Origin: Anthoceros angustus
Lineage: Eukaryota > Plantae > Anthocerotophyta
NCBI GenBank assembly: GCA_010909165.1
Contig: VJWM01000119.1
Span: 372,001-436,000, forward strand
Direction of reading: 5' to 3'
DNA length: 64,000 nt
Shown: piece by piece, positions 1-12,569 of the stretch
Position numbering within the stretch: position 1 is the first letter of the stretch
Layout: each line of letters begins with the position of its first letter
Program-made: the position numbers and the translations under genes
The notes under the pieces: generated by a model
Told to the model about the DNA's origin: nothing
Seen by the model: only the letters and a program-made list of their open reading frames with translations
The model's database searches: none

Positions 1-630
1 TGATTCGCGCGACAGTCCTCATAGCCCAGCACGCGTGAGTTGGGTTGGGAGATCTCTGGTCGTGCTACGCGTTCCAGAGAGCTGGATCTTTACACCGTTC
101 TGACCTTTACGACTCTTTGACGTTGTCACGTCAGGTATCCGAAAACAACGATGGAGGAAGTTGAGGCCAAGTTCGAGCGGATGGTTGCAGAAATTCAACC
201 GCTTTTGCCTCCCCCCGAAGGTAATCTGATGGCTGGTCAGATAGTCTGCCCGTCGAGATGATGCTGTAGGTGAGTACTTGCGCTATAGTGGTCATGGAGT
301 GTGTCCAACTGTTTCCTGCTGTTTGCAGAGCGTTATCCTTTGCGAATGATCAAAGCAATCAACAGCTATCTGTATGGTCAGGCCGGTTGGACGGGGACTC
401 ATGATTTTTTGGATCCTGACAATTCCTGCATAAATATGGTCTTGGACAGGCGACAAGGTAGGCTGCTCATTTTTGTAGTGATGTTCTGCGCTTTAAAGGT
501 GATTTATTGTCCATGTTGCTGGGTTGGATTCATCGCTGAAGGATTTTGTTACTCGAATCCAGGGTTGCCCATAATGCTGGTGCTTGTTTACATTGAGCTG
601 GCCAGGCGGCTGGGACTGCCGATGCGAGAG
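1..630 (+). CDS. Partial spliced gene, SirB1 / transglutaminase-like (Transglut_core2-type) protein; exons <1-34, 135-220, 329-457, 563-630
   Basis: GT-AG introns join in phase to give IRATVLIAQHAYPKTTMEEVEAKFERMVAEIQPLLPPPEERYPLRMIKAINSYLYGQAGWTGTHDFLDPDNSCINMVLDRRQGLPIMLVLVYIELARRLGLPMRE. This matches the SirB1 N-terminal motif (DP.NS.L..VL..R.G.PI.L..VY...A.RLG.P). No downstream exons were recognised. Confidence 0.75.
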
Positions 631-2217
631 GTTAGCGTTCGTGTCACCGCCTTATCCTGGGAGGGTCAGTTGTCGGTCTCAGCATCTGCTCTCTTTGCTG
701 TAATCTGAGCTGTAAAGCTAAGCCAGAGGTGGTTCTGCAGGTTAATGTGCCCACGCATTTCATGTGCCGTCCAGTTGGGGAAGGTCTTGAATTTTTGGTG
801 GATGCCCATTCTGAGGGAAAGGTAGTCCTTCAACCTTACCATTAGTCTTTCAATACTTTTCCGCATTCTCGCGAGTGGCGATGGAGTTCCTTTTTTGTCG
901 TTTCAGTCCTTCTAACCTCTTCGTAATTTTGTCTGTTTTCTGTAGATACTTTTCTTGCAAGATGCGGAGGAAAAGCTGTCGAAATGTTTTGGCATTCCGA
1001 TAACTCTGAACCGACACGTCCTGAACCTGAAACGCTCTCATGTTTCAAAGCAATCCGTCCTGACCCGGATTCTGTTCAATTTGAAAAGCATCTACTTCCG
1101 CCGCAAAGATCCTGTAAGGTACGTCTGTCGACTCTATCCTTATTCCGACCATCTCGCTCCACGGTCGTCCTGCTGAAGTTGAGGTTTCTTCTGTGTGTCA
1201 GCCTTGATGCTGGTTTTGCTGGAAGTCTTACTGACCGATGGAGGGGCTTTTGCTTTGCAGCACCCTGTGCATCATCGATTATCTCAAGCTTGTCCGACCA
1301 GGCGTGAGTGACGAGGTAGAGTTCTGTTCCTATCGGATGTGTAAAACGCCTTGTGAAGCTTCGGTATTCTTAGCAGTGGGCTTGATGTGCGCAGGTGAGG
1401 GATTACGGAATTTGCCTGTTTCTTCTCAAACGATTTCCGGAGGCTGTACCATGCCTGGAGCGGTATTTGAAGGTCAGTTACCATGGGTTGTTGGAGCAGT
1501 TTCTGTCCGTACCTGGCTTATCAGCGTTTGTGGCCGGAACTTGAAAAATCCGTGTTCTGTTTGATCTGCAGACATGTCCCCACGCCCAAGACCGTGAGCA
1601 CGTAGAGCGGTTGGTTTTGAGAATGCGTCGAGAAATATGAAGTTCCTCCATGCGCGCGAGTGTCGGCACTGTAAAATCTGTACCTATGCAGATGAGCAAT
1701 CGAGTTTGTACCATCTCCCGACCAGTATCATTTGCTTATACTTTTCATTCTGTTTTGACTTCGTGAAGACACATGTTAGCTTTACGGCGCCCTCAGAAGG
1801 AGGGTGAAGCTAACGTGGCGTAGTTGACCAAAGAGGTCTACAATTCTACAGCCGCGAAAGCCAAGCACAAGCTGCTCACTATACTACTCAAAAAATGCAT
1901 CCGCAATCCCGATAACTGCGCAGCACAGCCTTGTTCTAACCTGACCTCATCGTGCAACCCCCTTGGAGCATTTTTGCATGCATGAAGAGGGTGGTGGGAG
2001 CTCGACATCGTACCTGATCACAGCAGTGTCAGAGCCTTCCAGACAGGGAATACCTGAGCATCGATCAAGCCGCTGTCACCAAAGATCGCCCCTGCGGCTC
2101 TACATTCTAAGCATCCGTTCAAAATTTGCACCTACCCAGCGCTCGCCAATGATACATGTGGTGTACGTTCAAATAATTGCTGCAGACAGTTGGTTGGTTG
2201 AACATCGATGCTCCTAT

Positions 2218-3141
2218 TTACACTTGCTTCCAGCTGCCGGGTTTTAACCAAGGATCCAAGGAGATGAGAGCTCTCGCTAGCACAATTTTCGTAGGGGCAG
2301 GGGGGAAGCCACTTCCAAGCCGCAGGCTTGCGTCTGCAATCGACAGCCGCGATTTTGTCCAGCTCGTCGTCGATGATGTATAGTTGGCCATCCTGCCCCG
2401 CCACAACCTTCATGCCTCTGATCCGGTGGAAAAATCTCGAGTTATAGAACTCGGAGAACATAGGAGCGGGCATGGCGGCCCCCACCGTCCAGGTCATGCG
2501 CGTGAAATCCAGCACCCAGATCTGCAGGCACAGCCCTCTCTGCCTGGTTTCCCCACCCGCCACGCACAGCAGCCGGCCCCGCCAGTTAATGAGGTTGCAG
2601 GTCACGCTCATCGCTTGCTAGGCCTGACCACGGCCACCCGCCTCCAGGTGGCCCGTCCGGGTGGTAGGCCAGCAGATTGCCTTCCTTTCCGGCACAGTAG
2701 AGCCTGGGGCCGACAAACGCTCCCTCGTACGGGTTGCTGGAGAACTCGCCCTTGGGGAAGGCCGAGGTTGTCAAACTCCACCCCCCTGCGCGTGGAGTCG
2801 AAGACGTAGGAGCGCGCCATAGGGTTGCCCATGTGCGGGGTGACCTGCACCCTCTGCCCTAGGTCTTCCGACGCCTGGTACATGGCGGACAGCAGGACGC
2901 CGCCGCTCGCCGCCACAGGATGCAGGCATGGCGGGAGTCGGAGGTGGTACAAGCGGTCCGGGGCAGGGTCGTAGACGCAGGAGGCGACGGTCGTGTCGGA
3001 GAGCCAGCCTACTACCAACAGCATACAATCCTGCACTCCCGCTCGCGATTCCAGCCGCTCTCACTAGCGGCAGCCGAGCCTGTATCGAGTCCAGAACGTC
3101 GTTAGGTAGCTCGCTCCCCACACAATCCTCTGATTATCCAT
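2218..3141 (-). pseudogene. Frameshifted F-box (kelch-like C-terminus) gene
   Basis: Pieces in different frames (SELPNDVLDSIQARLPLV; CMLLVVGWLSDTTVASCVYDPAPDRLYHL; GNLLAYH; CNLINWRGRLLCVA...IWVLDFTRMTW; WKWLPPCPYE; LDPWL) are collinear with the intact paralog at 44357-45613. ATG at 3141. Confidence 0.8.
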
Positions 3142-3200
3142 CGGGAACCTCGTTGTTTCCCTGGCTTTGCTCACACCAAGCTAGGTTGATCACACTTCTC

Positions 3201-3207
3201 TTTTATA
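3201..3207 (-). promoter_or_regulatory. Putative TATA box (TATAAAA) of the F-box pseudogene
   Basis: TATAAAA on the minus strand about 60 bp upstream of the ATG at 3141. Confidence 0.35.
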
Positions 3208-3479
3208 CTAGATAGGGTATGCAACCTTTACTACATATAATATATACCTTGGCCTCTACTAAGTAAATCTATTTTTTTTAATAGTGAGTTCCATTTGGTC
3301 TCACTATCTAATTAAAATAATTTTATAAATAAATCCTCCCTTTCTTGGGACCTCCAACTTTTCTCTCTTGGGCGTGTCTCACCTTTTTCTCTTCAATGTG
3401 CAAAAGGTCAAATTAATATATCCTTAAATAATAATTAAATTAAATTAAAAAAAATAGGTTTTAATTTTACCAACATATA

Positions 3480-3485
3480 CATCCA
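3480..3485. repeat. Left target-site duplication CATCCA
   Basis: Identical hexamer at 33251-33256, immediately outside both TIRs. Confidence 0.85.
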
Positions 3486-3539
3486 TATGGCATACCAAAG
3501 AGGACAGAGGGGACGGACATTTTTTTTCTTCCGCAAAAC
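3486..3539 (+). repeat. Left terminal inverted repeat
   Basis: TATGGCATACCAAAGAGGACAGAGGGGACGGACATTTTTTTTCTTCCGCAAAAC, compared with the reverse complement of the right end, TATGGCATACCAAAGGGGACAGAGGGGATGGGACATTTTTTTTTTTCGCGAAAC. Confidence 0.92.
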
Positions 3540-3789
3540 TTTTGGTGTCCGGTTTGGTAACCCGTAAATGGGGTAGCCCAAAGGGGACGACCAAAGCGCC
3601 ACATCATGTCACCGGATTTTAAAGGGAACTTTAGGGTTTTTTGCGCGCACTCACTCTATGTGTTTTTTCTCCCATGAACAAAAATTTTTGTTCCACGCAA
3701 CGCTCCTATTTAGGGTCCCAGGCCTCATAGGCAAGCCACATGCCCGCTTTTAGGGTTCATGTGCTAAGAGGGTGGAGCAGATGGTTTAG

Positions 3790-6700
3790 GCGGGGGTTTA
3801 GGGCAACCGATTTGGCGGGGGCGCTGCGCCACGCACGGCAGTGGTTGGGGCGGCCAGGCAGTGCATCGACGGGAGGGGCGAGGTCCGAGGCGGGCGGCGA
3901 GGTGCGGCAGCGTGTCCAGCAGTGCAGCACGCAGCGGCGCCTCGGGCGGCGAGGCGGGCGGCGGCGGCGCCTCATTCGGCCGGGCGGCGAGGCAGGCGGG
4001 GCGAGCCCACCGCCACGGACGCATGGGCCGAGGGACGAGGCGGGCAAGGCACGGGGCGGGGCGGGGGTTTCGCGCGGACGGCGGAGAAGGCGGGCGGGGC
4101 GAGGCACGGGGCGAGGAGGGGCCTGCGGTGGCGGCGAGGGACGGAGGCGGGCGGCGGGCGAGGCGGGCGAGGCGGGCGGGCCTGCAATGGGCCGAGGGAC
4201 GGAGGCGGGCGGCGGGCCTTCACTGGGTGACTCGGCCAACTGCAGTAAGGAGAGGCGGGCGAGGCGGGCGAGGCAAGGCGGGCAAGGCGGGGAAGGCCGG
4301 GGAGGCGGAGGAAGGCGGTGCGGGCGCAGGACGCGACGCGGGCAAGGCGGGCGGCGGGCGAGGCGGGCGGCGAGGGACGGAGGCGGGGCGTGGCGAGCCT
4401 GCCGGGCGGCGCGATCGCGAGGGAGGAGGCACCACTTAAGCCCTCCCATCCTGCACCAAGCCGCAACTAACCTTGTCCCCATTCCTTCCCGCCCATGGTG
4501 ATGCCGAATTGTTTGATGCTCTTTCTTTGCAAGCGGTGACACGCAGATGGTCGCTGTGCCACCGCAGTATTGTAGGCTTCTGCGGTTGTGGGCGGGATGG
4601 CACCGCCCACCCTCTCCTCCTCACATGCCGCAGCCGCACCGCAGCCACCTGCATGTGGGGCAGCGGGAGGAGGGTTCCACGATCTCCTCCGAGCTCACCC
4701 GATCCTAATATGTGGAGTGAGTTGTTTTACGTGTCTTATGACCCCAAGAAGCCAATGCATCCTTTGTCACGAGGAGCTTGATGCGCTTTGCAAAGATGCG
4801 GAGGACCACAACGACCTCATCCGCCACATAGAGAACTACCCTTGACTTCAAGTTCTTTTCGAGCCGAGGAGCGTGGTCGCAGTATTTGACCGGACTCGAC
4901 TTCCTATCGCGAGAGTGCCTTCCGTGTCGGAAGCGCACTATTTCATGCATACCCATTTTGATGGGTGGCCATTGGGTCCTAACGATCACCGTGAGGCCTC
5001 GCGGTCCAAGCACCCGAGTCACCGGAGGACTTCAAGGCTGGATGGCCAAGTTTCACTCCGACGGCTTGACTCACAGCTACCGGCCTCGACGCTATCGCCT
5101 TCCGGATTTCATCTCAACGCCTTCTACGAATTGGACGACGCCAACCATGTCTTGTGGGAGGAGATGAGCGACCTCTACATCATCGAGGGCGGTGATCATG
5201 GGGTTAGGATCGCTGGTCATGTGCTTTAGGCACCGTGGAGCGGGGGTTTAGGGCAACCGATTTGGCGGGGGCGCTGCGCCACGCACGGCCGGGCGGCGGC
5301 CAGGCAGTGCGGCGGGCGGGAGGGGCGAGGTCCGAGGCGGGCGGCGAGGGACGAGGCGGGCGAGGCAAGGCGGGCGGCAGGCGGGCGAGGCAAGGCGGGC
5401 GTGGCGAGCCCGCCAGACGCCATGTCCTCGCCACTTGCATGTCCTCGCCACTTGCATGTGTGGGCGGGCGGGCGAGCCCAGCCGCGAGGCGGGCGGCGAG
5501 GCAGGCGGGCGGTGGGGGTTTCGCGCGGACGGCGGAGAAGGCGGGCCGCTCGGGCAAGGCACGGGGCGGAGGAGGCGGGCGCGAGGGACGAGGCGGGCGG
5601 GCAAGGCGGGGCGGGCGGGCGGGCGGGCAAGGCGGGCGCGAGGGACGGACGAGGCGGGCCTTCACTGGGTGACGACGGGCGGGCAAGGAGAGGCGGGCGA
5701 GGCGGGCGCGGCGAGGCAAGGCGGGCAAGGCGGGGAAGGCCGGGGAGGCGGAGGAAGGCGGTGCGGGCAGGGACGCGACGCGGGCGGGCGGCGCGCGAGG
5801 CGGGCAAGGCGGGGCGGGCGCGAGGCGGCGCGATCGCGAGGGAGGAGGGGCCACGAATGCCTCCCATCCTTGCACCAAGCCGCAACTAACCTTGTCCCCA
5901 TTCCTTCCCGCCCATGGTGATGCCGAATTGTTTGATGCTCTTTCTTTGCAACGGCCGACACGCAGATCGCCTGGTGCCACCGCAGTATTATTGTAGGCTT
6001 CTGCGGTTGTGGGCGGATGGCACCGCCCACCCTCCTCCTCACATGCCGCAGCCGCCCACCGCACCATCGCATGTGTGGGCGGGGAGGAGGGTTCCACGAT
6101 CTCCTCCGAGCTCACCCGATCCTAATATGTGGAGTGAGTTGTTTGGTGTCTTATGACCCCAAGAAGCCAATGCATCCTTTGTCACGAGGAGCTTGATGCT
6201 TGCAAAGATGCGGAGGACCACAACGACCTCATCCGCCACATAGAGAACTACCCTTGACTTCAAGTTCTTTTCGAAATGAGGAACGTGGTCGCAGTATTTG
6301 ACCGGACTCGACTTTATCGCGAGTGCCTTCCGGAAGCGCACTATTTCATGCATACCCATTTTGATGGGTGGCCATTGGGTCCTAACGATCACCGTGAGGC
6401 CTCGCGTCCAAGCACCCGAGTCACCGGAGGACTTCGTGGATGGCCAAGTTTCACTCCGACGGCTTGACTCACAGGCTGCACGGCTGGCCTCGACGCTATC
6501 GCCCCCTCCTGGATTTCATCTCGACGTCTTCTACGAATTGGACGCACGCCAACCATGTCTTGTGGGAGGAGATGAACGACCTCTACATCATCGACGACAG
6601 TGATCATGGTGGTTAGGACTGGTGGTCATGTGCTTTACGCACTGTGGAGCAGGGGTTTTGATAGGACTTGATGTACGAGGCCTTTACGGTTTAGATTTGT

Positions 6701-8750
6701 AGGTGTCTTGGATCCACTTCCACATGTTGACTTGACCGAATTTTGGCGCTTTCGTCATTCGTTTATTCTCACCACTCGGCGGATATACATGCCTCGTTTT
6801 CAACTTGCCTCGGTTCATGCTTGCCGCCGCATCGTGTTCCCTCTTGCATTTTGGCCGCTTTTCCATTCTCCTTCGCCTTGTGAACCCCCGGCTTTTGCCC
6901 CACTTTCCATGTCGTCACACTTGCTTATTATGTCGAACCCATACAGTGCCTTGTTTGATGTGTCTTGGGTCCATGGAACTCACTCCCTCGCCTTTCCTAT
7001 CCATGTCCACCTCTCTACCCGTGCACAAGACACCCGTCGTTGCCAACACGCCTCTGCGGCCCTCGGATGACAAGTGTTACGAAGAGGTTAAGGGCTCTCC
7101 ATGTCCACAGTGCCTTGGTCTTCATTCCACTCCACACCATATCTTTGCGTGGGATCCCCGTCTTTGCAAAGCCTGCGGTCACTTGCTCGTCACAGTGATA
7201 CATGTCCGGAGGTAATTTGTACATTGCAAGCACCTCGTCGCCATGTCCTCGCCACTTGCATGTCCCGCACACATCCTTTGTCGTCAACAAAGAATCGCTG
7301 GTGTTCACATTCACGGCGGTCTTGGCAGCGTTCACTTACCCATCGGCAATGCAATTGGAGGCGGTGCCACCTCGGTGCAACGTTGCGGGCGTCTTGTGGT
7401 CGGGGACATAGTAGTCGTTGTCGTCCTCCTCGTCTACCCCATAGCGGGCGGCCCTACCGAGGCCGGGCGGCGGCGCCTTACGCTGGCAGGCGCCCTCATT
7501 CGGCGCGGCGGCGCGGCGGGCGGGCGGGCGAGGCGGGCGGGCAAGGCACGGGGCGAGGCGGGGCGAGGCGGGCAGGCGGCCGGGCGGGTGGGGGTTTCGC
7601 GCGGACGGCGGAGAAGGCGGGCAAGGCGGGGAGGCGGGCAAGGCACGGGGCGGAGGAGGGCTGCGGTGGCGGCGGGCAGGCGGGGCGGGCAGGCGGGCGG
7701 GCGTGTGGCGGGCGGGCGGGCGGCAGGCGGGCGAGGCGGGCGAGGCGGCGGGCCTTCACTACAGGTAGACGGCGGCGGCCAGCTGAGCAGGAGGCGGGCG
7801 GGCGGGCGGGCGGGCGGGCAAGCGGGGAAGGCGGGAGGCGGAGGAAGGCGGTGCGGGCGAGGCGGCGGGCGAGGCGGCGGCGGCGGCCGGGCGGGCAGGC
7901 GGGGCGTGGCGAGGCAAGGCGGGCGGCGGGCGAGGCGGGCGGCGGCCAGCGCTCCTCCTCCCATCCTTGCACCAAGCTGCAACTAACCTTGTCCCCATTC
8001 CTTCCTGCCCATTGTGATGCCGAATTGTTTGATGCTCTTTTCTTTGCAAACGGCTGACACGCAGATGGTTTAGGCGGGGCGTGGTCGCGGTATTATTGTA
8101 GGCTTGCTGCGGTTGTGGGCGGGATGGCAGGCACCGGCCCACCCTCTCCTCCTCACAGGCCGCATGCCGCACCATCGCATGTGTGGGGCGGCGGTGGAGG
8201 AGGGTTCCACGATCTCCTCCGAGCTCACCCGATCCTAATATGTGGAGTGAGTTGTTTCTGGTCTTATGACCCCAAAGCCAATGCATCCTCGTCGAGGAGC
8301 TTGATGCTGTTATTGCGACATGCGGAGGACCTAGCGACCTCATCGCCACATAGAGAACTACCCTTGGACTTGAAGTTCTTTTCGAGCCGAGGCGTGGTCG
8401 CGGTATTTGGGTGGACTGGACTTCCCTCTGCGAGTGCCTTCCAGTGGGCGCACTATTTCATGCATACCCATTTTGATGGGTGGCCATTGGGTCCTAACGA
8501 TCCTGTGAGGCCTCGCGTCCAAGCACCCGAGTCACCGGAGGACTTCAAATGTGGATGGCCAAGTTTCACTCCGACGGCTTGACTCACAGGCTGCAGTGGC
8601 CTCGGCCTTCTCGCCCCTCCGGATTTCATCTCAACGTCTTCTCTGAATTGGGCCTTGCCAACCATGTCTTGTGGGAGGAGATGAGCGACCTCTACATCAT
8701 CGAGGGCGGTGATCATGGGGTTAGGATCGCTGGTCATGTGCTTTAGGCAA
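3790..8750. repeat. About three imperfect copies of a module: G-rich low-complexity tract plus an unknown coding-like segment
   Basis: CCTCCCATCC(T)TGCACCAAG...GATCGCTGGTCATGTGCTTTA recurs at about 4440-5229, 5860-6638 and 7957-8746. Each copy is preceded by GGCGGGCGAGGCGG-type tracts. Confidence 0.85.
4440..5229 (+). pseudogene. Unknown transposon-internal coding-like module X (other copies ~5860-6638, ~7957-8746, partial 11773-11990)
   Basis: Protein-like peptides recur across copies: DLIRHIENYP(LDFKFFS), AHYFMHTHFDGWPLGPND, GFHLNxFYELDDANHVLWEEMSDLYIIEGGDHGVRIAGHVL*. All copies are frameshifted and I do not recognise the family. Confidence 0.4.
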
Positions 8751-9299
8751 GTGGGCGAGGGGTTTTGATAGGACTTGATGTCTGAGGCCTTTCTTGTTTA
8801 GATTTGTAGGTGTCTTGGATCCACTTCCCACAGTTTGACTTGACCAATTTTGGCGCTTTCGTCATTCGTTTATTCTCACCACTCGGCGGATATACATGCC
8901 TCGTTTTCAACTTGCCCTCGGTTCATGCTTGCCGCCGCATCGTGTTCCCTCTTGCATTTTGGCCCGCTTTTCCATTCTCCCTTCGCCTTGTGAACCCCCG
9001 GCTTTGACTTTCCATGTCGTCACACTTGCTTATTATGTCGAACCCATACAGTGCCTTGTTTGATGTGTCTTGGGTCCATGGAACTCACTCCCTCGCCTTT
9101 CCTATCCATGTCCACCTCTCTACCCGTGCACATCCCACCCACCACCCACGCCTCTGCGGCCACCTCGGATGACAAGTGTTACGAAGAGGTTAAGGGCTCT
9201 CCATGTCCACAGTGCCTTGGTCTTCATTCCACTCCACACCATATCTTTGCGTGGGATCCCGTCTTTGCAAAGCCTGCGGTCACTTGCTCGTCACAGTGA

Positions 9300-11760
9300 T
9301 ACATGTCCGGAGGTAATTTGTACATTGCAAGCACCTCGTCGCCATGTCCTCGCCACTTGCATGTCCCGCACACATCCTTTGTCGTCAACAAAGAATCGCT
9401 GGTGTTCACATTCACGGCGGTCTTGGCAGCGTTCACTTACCCATCGGCAATGCAATTGGAGGCGGTGCCACCTCGGTGCAACGTTGCGGGCGTCTTGTGG
9501 TCGGGGACATAGTAGTCGTTGTCGTCCTCCTCGTCTACCCCATAGCGGGCGGCCCTACCGGGCCAGCGGCGCTCCTCCTCTGGAAGGCCTCCCGCGAGGC
9601 GTGGCTGCTATGTCATCGTCTCCCGACCTCATTTTCCTCACCACATGCAAGTTCCACACCAACGAAAGTCGCCACTCTGTCCTCATGGTGGGCATGAATC
9701 TTTGCGTGGGATCCCGTCACACTTGCTTATTATGTCGAACCCATACAGTGCCTTGTTTGCTTCGATCGCAGGCGATACATGTCCGGAGGTAATTTGTACA
9801 TTGCAAGCCCGCCAGACGCCATGTCCTCGCCACTTGCATGTCCCGCACACATCCTTTGTCGTCCCATTGGTGTTCACATTCACGGCGGTCTTGGCAGCGT
9901 TCACTTACATCGGCAATGCAATTGGAGGCGGTGCCACCTCGGTGCAACGTTGCGGGCGTCTTGTGGTCGGGGACATAGTAGTCGTTGTCGTCCTCCTCGT
10001 CTACCCCATAGCGGGCGGCCCTACCGGGCCAGCGCTCCTCCTCCGGAAGGCCTCCCGAGGCGTGGCTGCTATGTCATCGTCTCCCGACCTCATTTTCCTC
10101 ACCACATGCAAGTTCCACACCAACGAAAGTCGCCCGGCTCATCCTCATGGTGGGCATGAATCTTTGCGTGCAAGGAATGTATGTGCCAAGGGTTCGTGGT
10201 ATCCAACTCAGGCATCACGGGCTCAACATGTACCTCTTGTCAAGCCCCTTCTCCTTGACCCTCGAGTGCTCGATCCGCTGGCCCACACCCACATCCCCAC
10301 CCACCACCCACGCCTGCTATGTCCGCACGGCTCCGGCGTCCATAGTCTGTGACCCGCAATCGGCAAGCACAATGCATCCAAATCCCTTCACATGACAACG
10401 TATGCACCTTACGATTGTGCAGATGGCCCCGTGTGAAGTTCCTACCGTTCTCTCATGACTGGTTGAGTCCTCCTCCACTAGGTTGTGCTCGCGAAATCGG
10501 ACCGAATCCTGCGGGTGACCAAACTCTCTGCCCGCATTTTGGCCCGCCCATTCTCCTTCGCCTTGTGAACCCCCGCCCGGCTTTTGCCTGCCACAAAGGC
10601 CACACTTGCTTATTATGTCGAACCCATACAGCTGCCTTGTTTGATGTGTCTTGGGTCCATGGAACTCACTCCCTCGCCTTTCCTATCCATGTCCACCTCT
10701 ACCCGCTTGCAGACACAACCAAGACCCCCGCTTGCCAACACCGCCTCCGCGACGCACCTCGGATGACAAGTGTTCAAGAGGTTAAGGGCTCTCCATGTCC
10801 ACAGAGTGCACCGGGTCTTCATTCCACTCCCACACCATATCTTTGCGTGGGATCCCCGCCGCAATACAAGCACACGGTCACACCGATGCGCGATACATGT
10901 CCGGAGGTAATTTGTACATTGCAAGCCCGCCAGACGCCATGTCCTCGCCACTTGCATGTCCCGCACACATCCTTTGTCGTCAACAAAGAATCGCTGGTGT
11001 TCACATTCACGACGGCCTTGGCTTGACGCTCACTTACCCCGCTGCAATGCAATTGGAGGAAGCGGTGCCACCTCCGGCAACGCGGGGCGCATCGTGGTCC
11101 GGGACATAGTAGTCGTTGTCGCCCTCCTCGTCTACCCCATAAGCGGCCCTACCAGCGCCCACGCTCCTCCTCCGGAAGGCCTCCGCGGACGTGGCTATGT
11201 CATCGCCTCCCGACCTCATTTTCCTCACCTGCAAGTTCCACACCAACGAAAGTCGCCACTGTCCTCATGGTGGCATGAATGCCGCAAGGAATGTATGTGC
11301 CAAGGGTTCGTGGTATCCAACTCACGCCGTCCCGGAGCTCCAACATGTACCTCTTGTGTGAAGCCCCACTTCTCCTTCGCCGTGCTCGATCCACCGGCCC
11401 ACACCCACATCCCCACCCACCACCCACGCCTGCTATGTCCGCACGGCTCCGGCGTCCGAAATTGCGCAGCCGCAATCGCAAGCACAATGCATCCAAATCC
11501 CTTCACATGACAACCAAGATGCACCTTACGATTGTGCAGATGGCCCCGTGTGAAGTTCCTACTCTCCGGCCGCCTGGTTCAGTCCTCCACTAGGTTGTGC
11601 TGCAATCGGACCGAATCCGCTGCGGGTGACCAAACTCTGCACCGCCTCCGCAGACGCCTGTAGATTGTTCCCCGCTTGTTGTCCTCGAGCACGCCCACGT
11701 TATGTAGTGCGTGGCCCCATCTATGGCGGCACCTCAAGTGGAACATGTACATCTTGTAAA
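9300..11760 (-). pseudogene. Tandem partial copies of the integrase 3' half (~9300-9700, 9780-10530, 10890-11760; also 7200-7455)
   Basis: Repeated segments encoding FGHPQ(D/R)I/SRSD-type, HNRK, RIEH, LDTTNPWHIHSLH, WNLHVVRKMR and YGVDEEDDNDYYVPD motifs. Each copy has different indels. Confidence 0.75.
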
Positions 11761-12569
11761 TGCAGCTGTGAAAGCACCCGAGTCACCGGAGGACTTCGTG
11801 GATGGCCAAGTTTCACTCCGACGGCTTGACTCACAGTGTGCACCGGCCTCGACGCTTATCGCCCTCCGGATTTCATCTCAACGCCTTCTACGAATTGGAC
11901 GACGCCAACCATGTCTTGTGGGAGGAGATGAACGACCTCTACATCATCGAGATGTGATCATGGGGTTAGGATCGCTGGTCATGTGCTTTAGGCACCGTGG
12001 AGCAGGGGTTTTGATAGGACTTGATGTACGAGGCCTTTACGCTTAGATTTGTAGGTGTCTTCGCATCCCGCTTCCCACGCTTTGACTTGACCAATTTTGA
12101 CGCTTTCATTCGCTTATTCTCACCACTCGGCGGATATACATGCCTCGTTTTCAACTTGCCCTCGGTTCATGCTTGCCGCCGCATCGTGTTCCCTCTGCCC
12201 GCATTTTGGCCCGCTTTTCCATTCTCCCTTCGCCTTGTGAACCCCCGGCTTTTGCCCCTTTCCATGTGCCACACTTGCTTATTATGTCGAACCCATACAG
12301 TGCCTTGTTTGATGTGTCTTGGGTCCATGGAACTCACTCCCTCGCCTTTCCTATCCATGTCCACCTCTACCCGCTTGCAGACACAACCAAGACCTCTGCT
12401 GCTAACGCCCCCCGCGACGCACCTCGGATGACAAGTGTTCTCAAGAGGTTAAGGGCTCTCCATGTCCACAGAGTGCACCGGGTCTTCACTCCACTCCCAC
12501 ACCATATCTTTGCGTGGGATCCCCGCCGCTCGCAGCAACCACCGCGTCGATGCAGCGATACATGTCCGG

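Noticed and set aside
700-1750. Possible retroelement gag/ORF1 remnant (CSRSWAWGHVC; basic fragments)
   Set aside because: No complete zinc knuckle, LTR or other diagnostic motif is visible. Too weak to call.
9790-9850. CCHC zinc knuckle CGTCKWRGHGVWRAC on the minus strand
   Set aside because: The spacing is non-canonical, and an alternative frame (GEDMASGGLAMYKL) fits the integrase C-terminus equally well. The frame cannot be fixed in these noisy copies.
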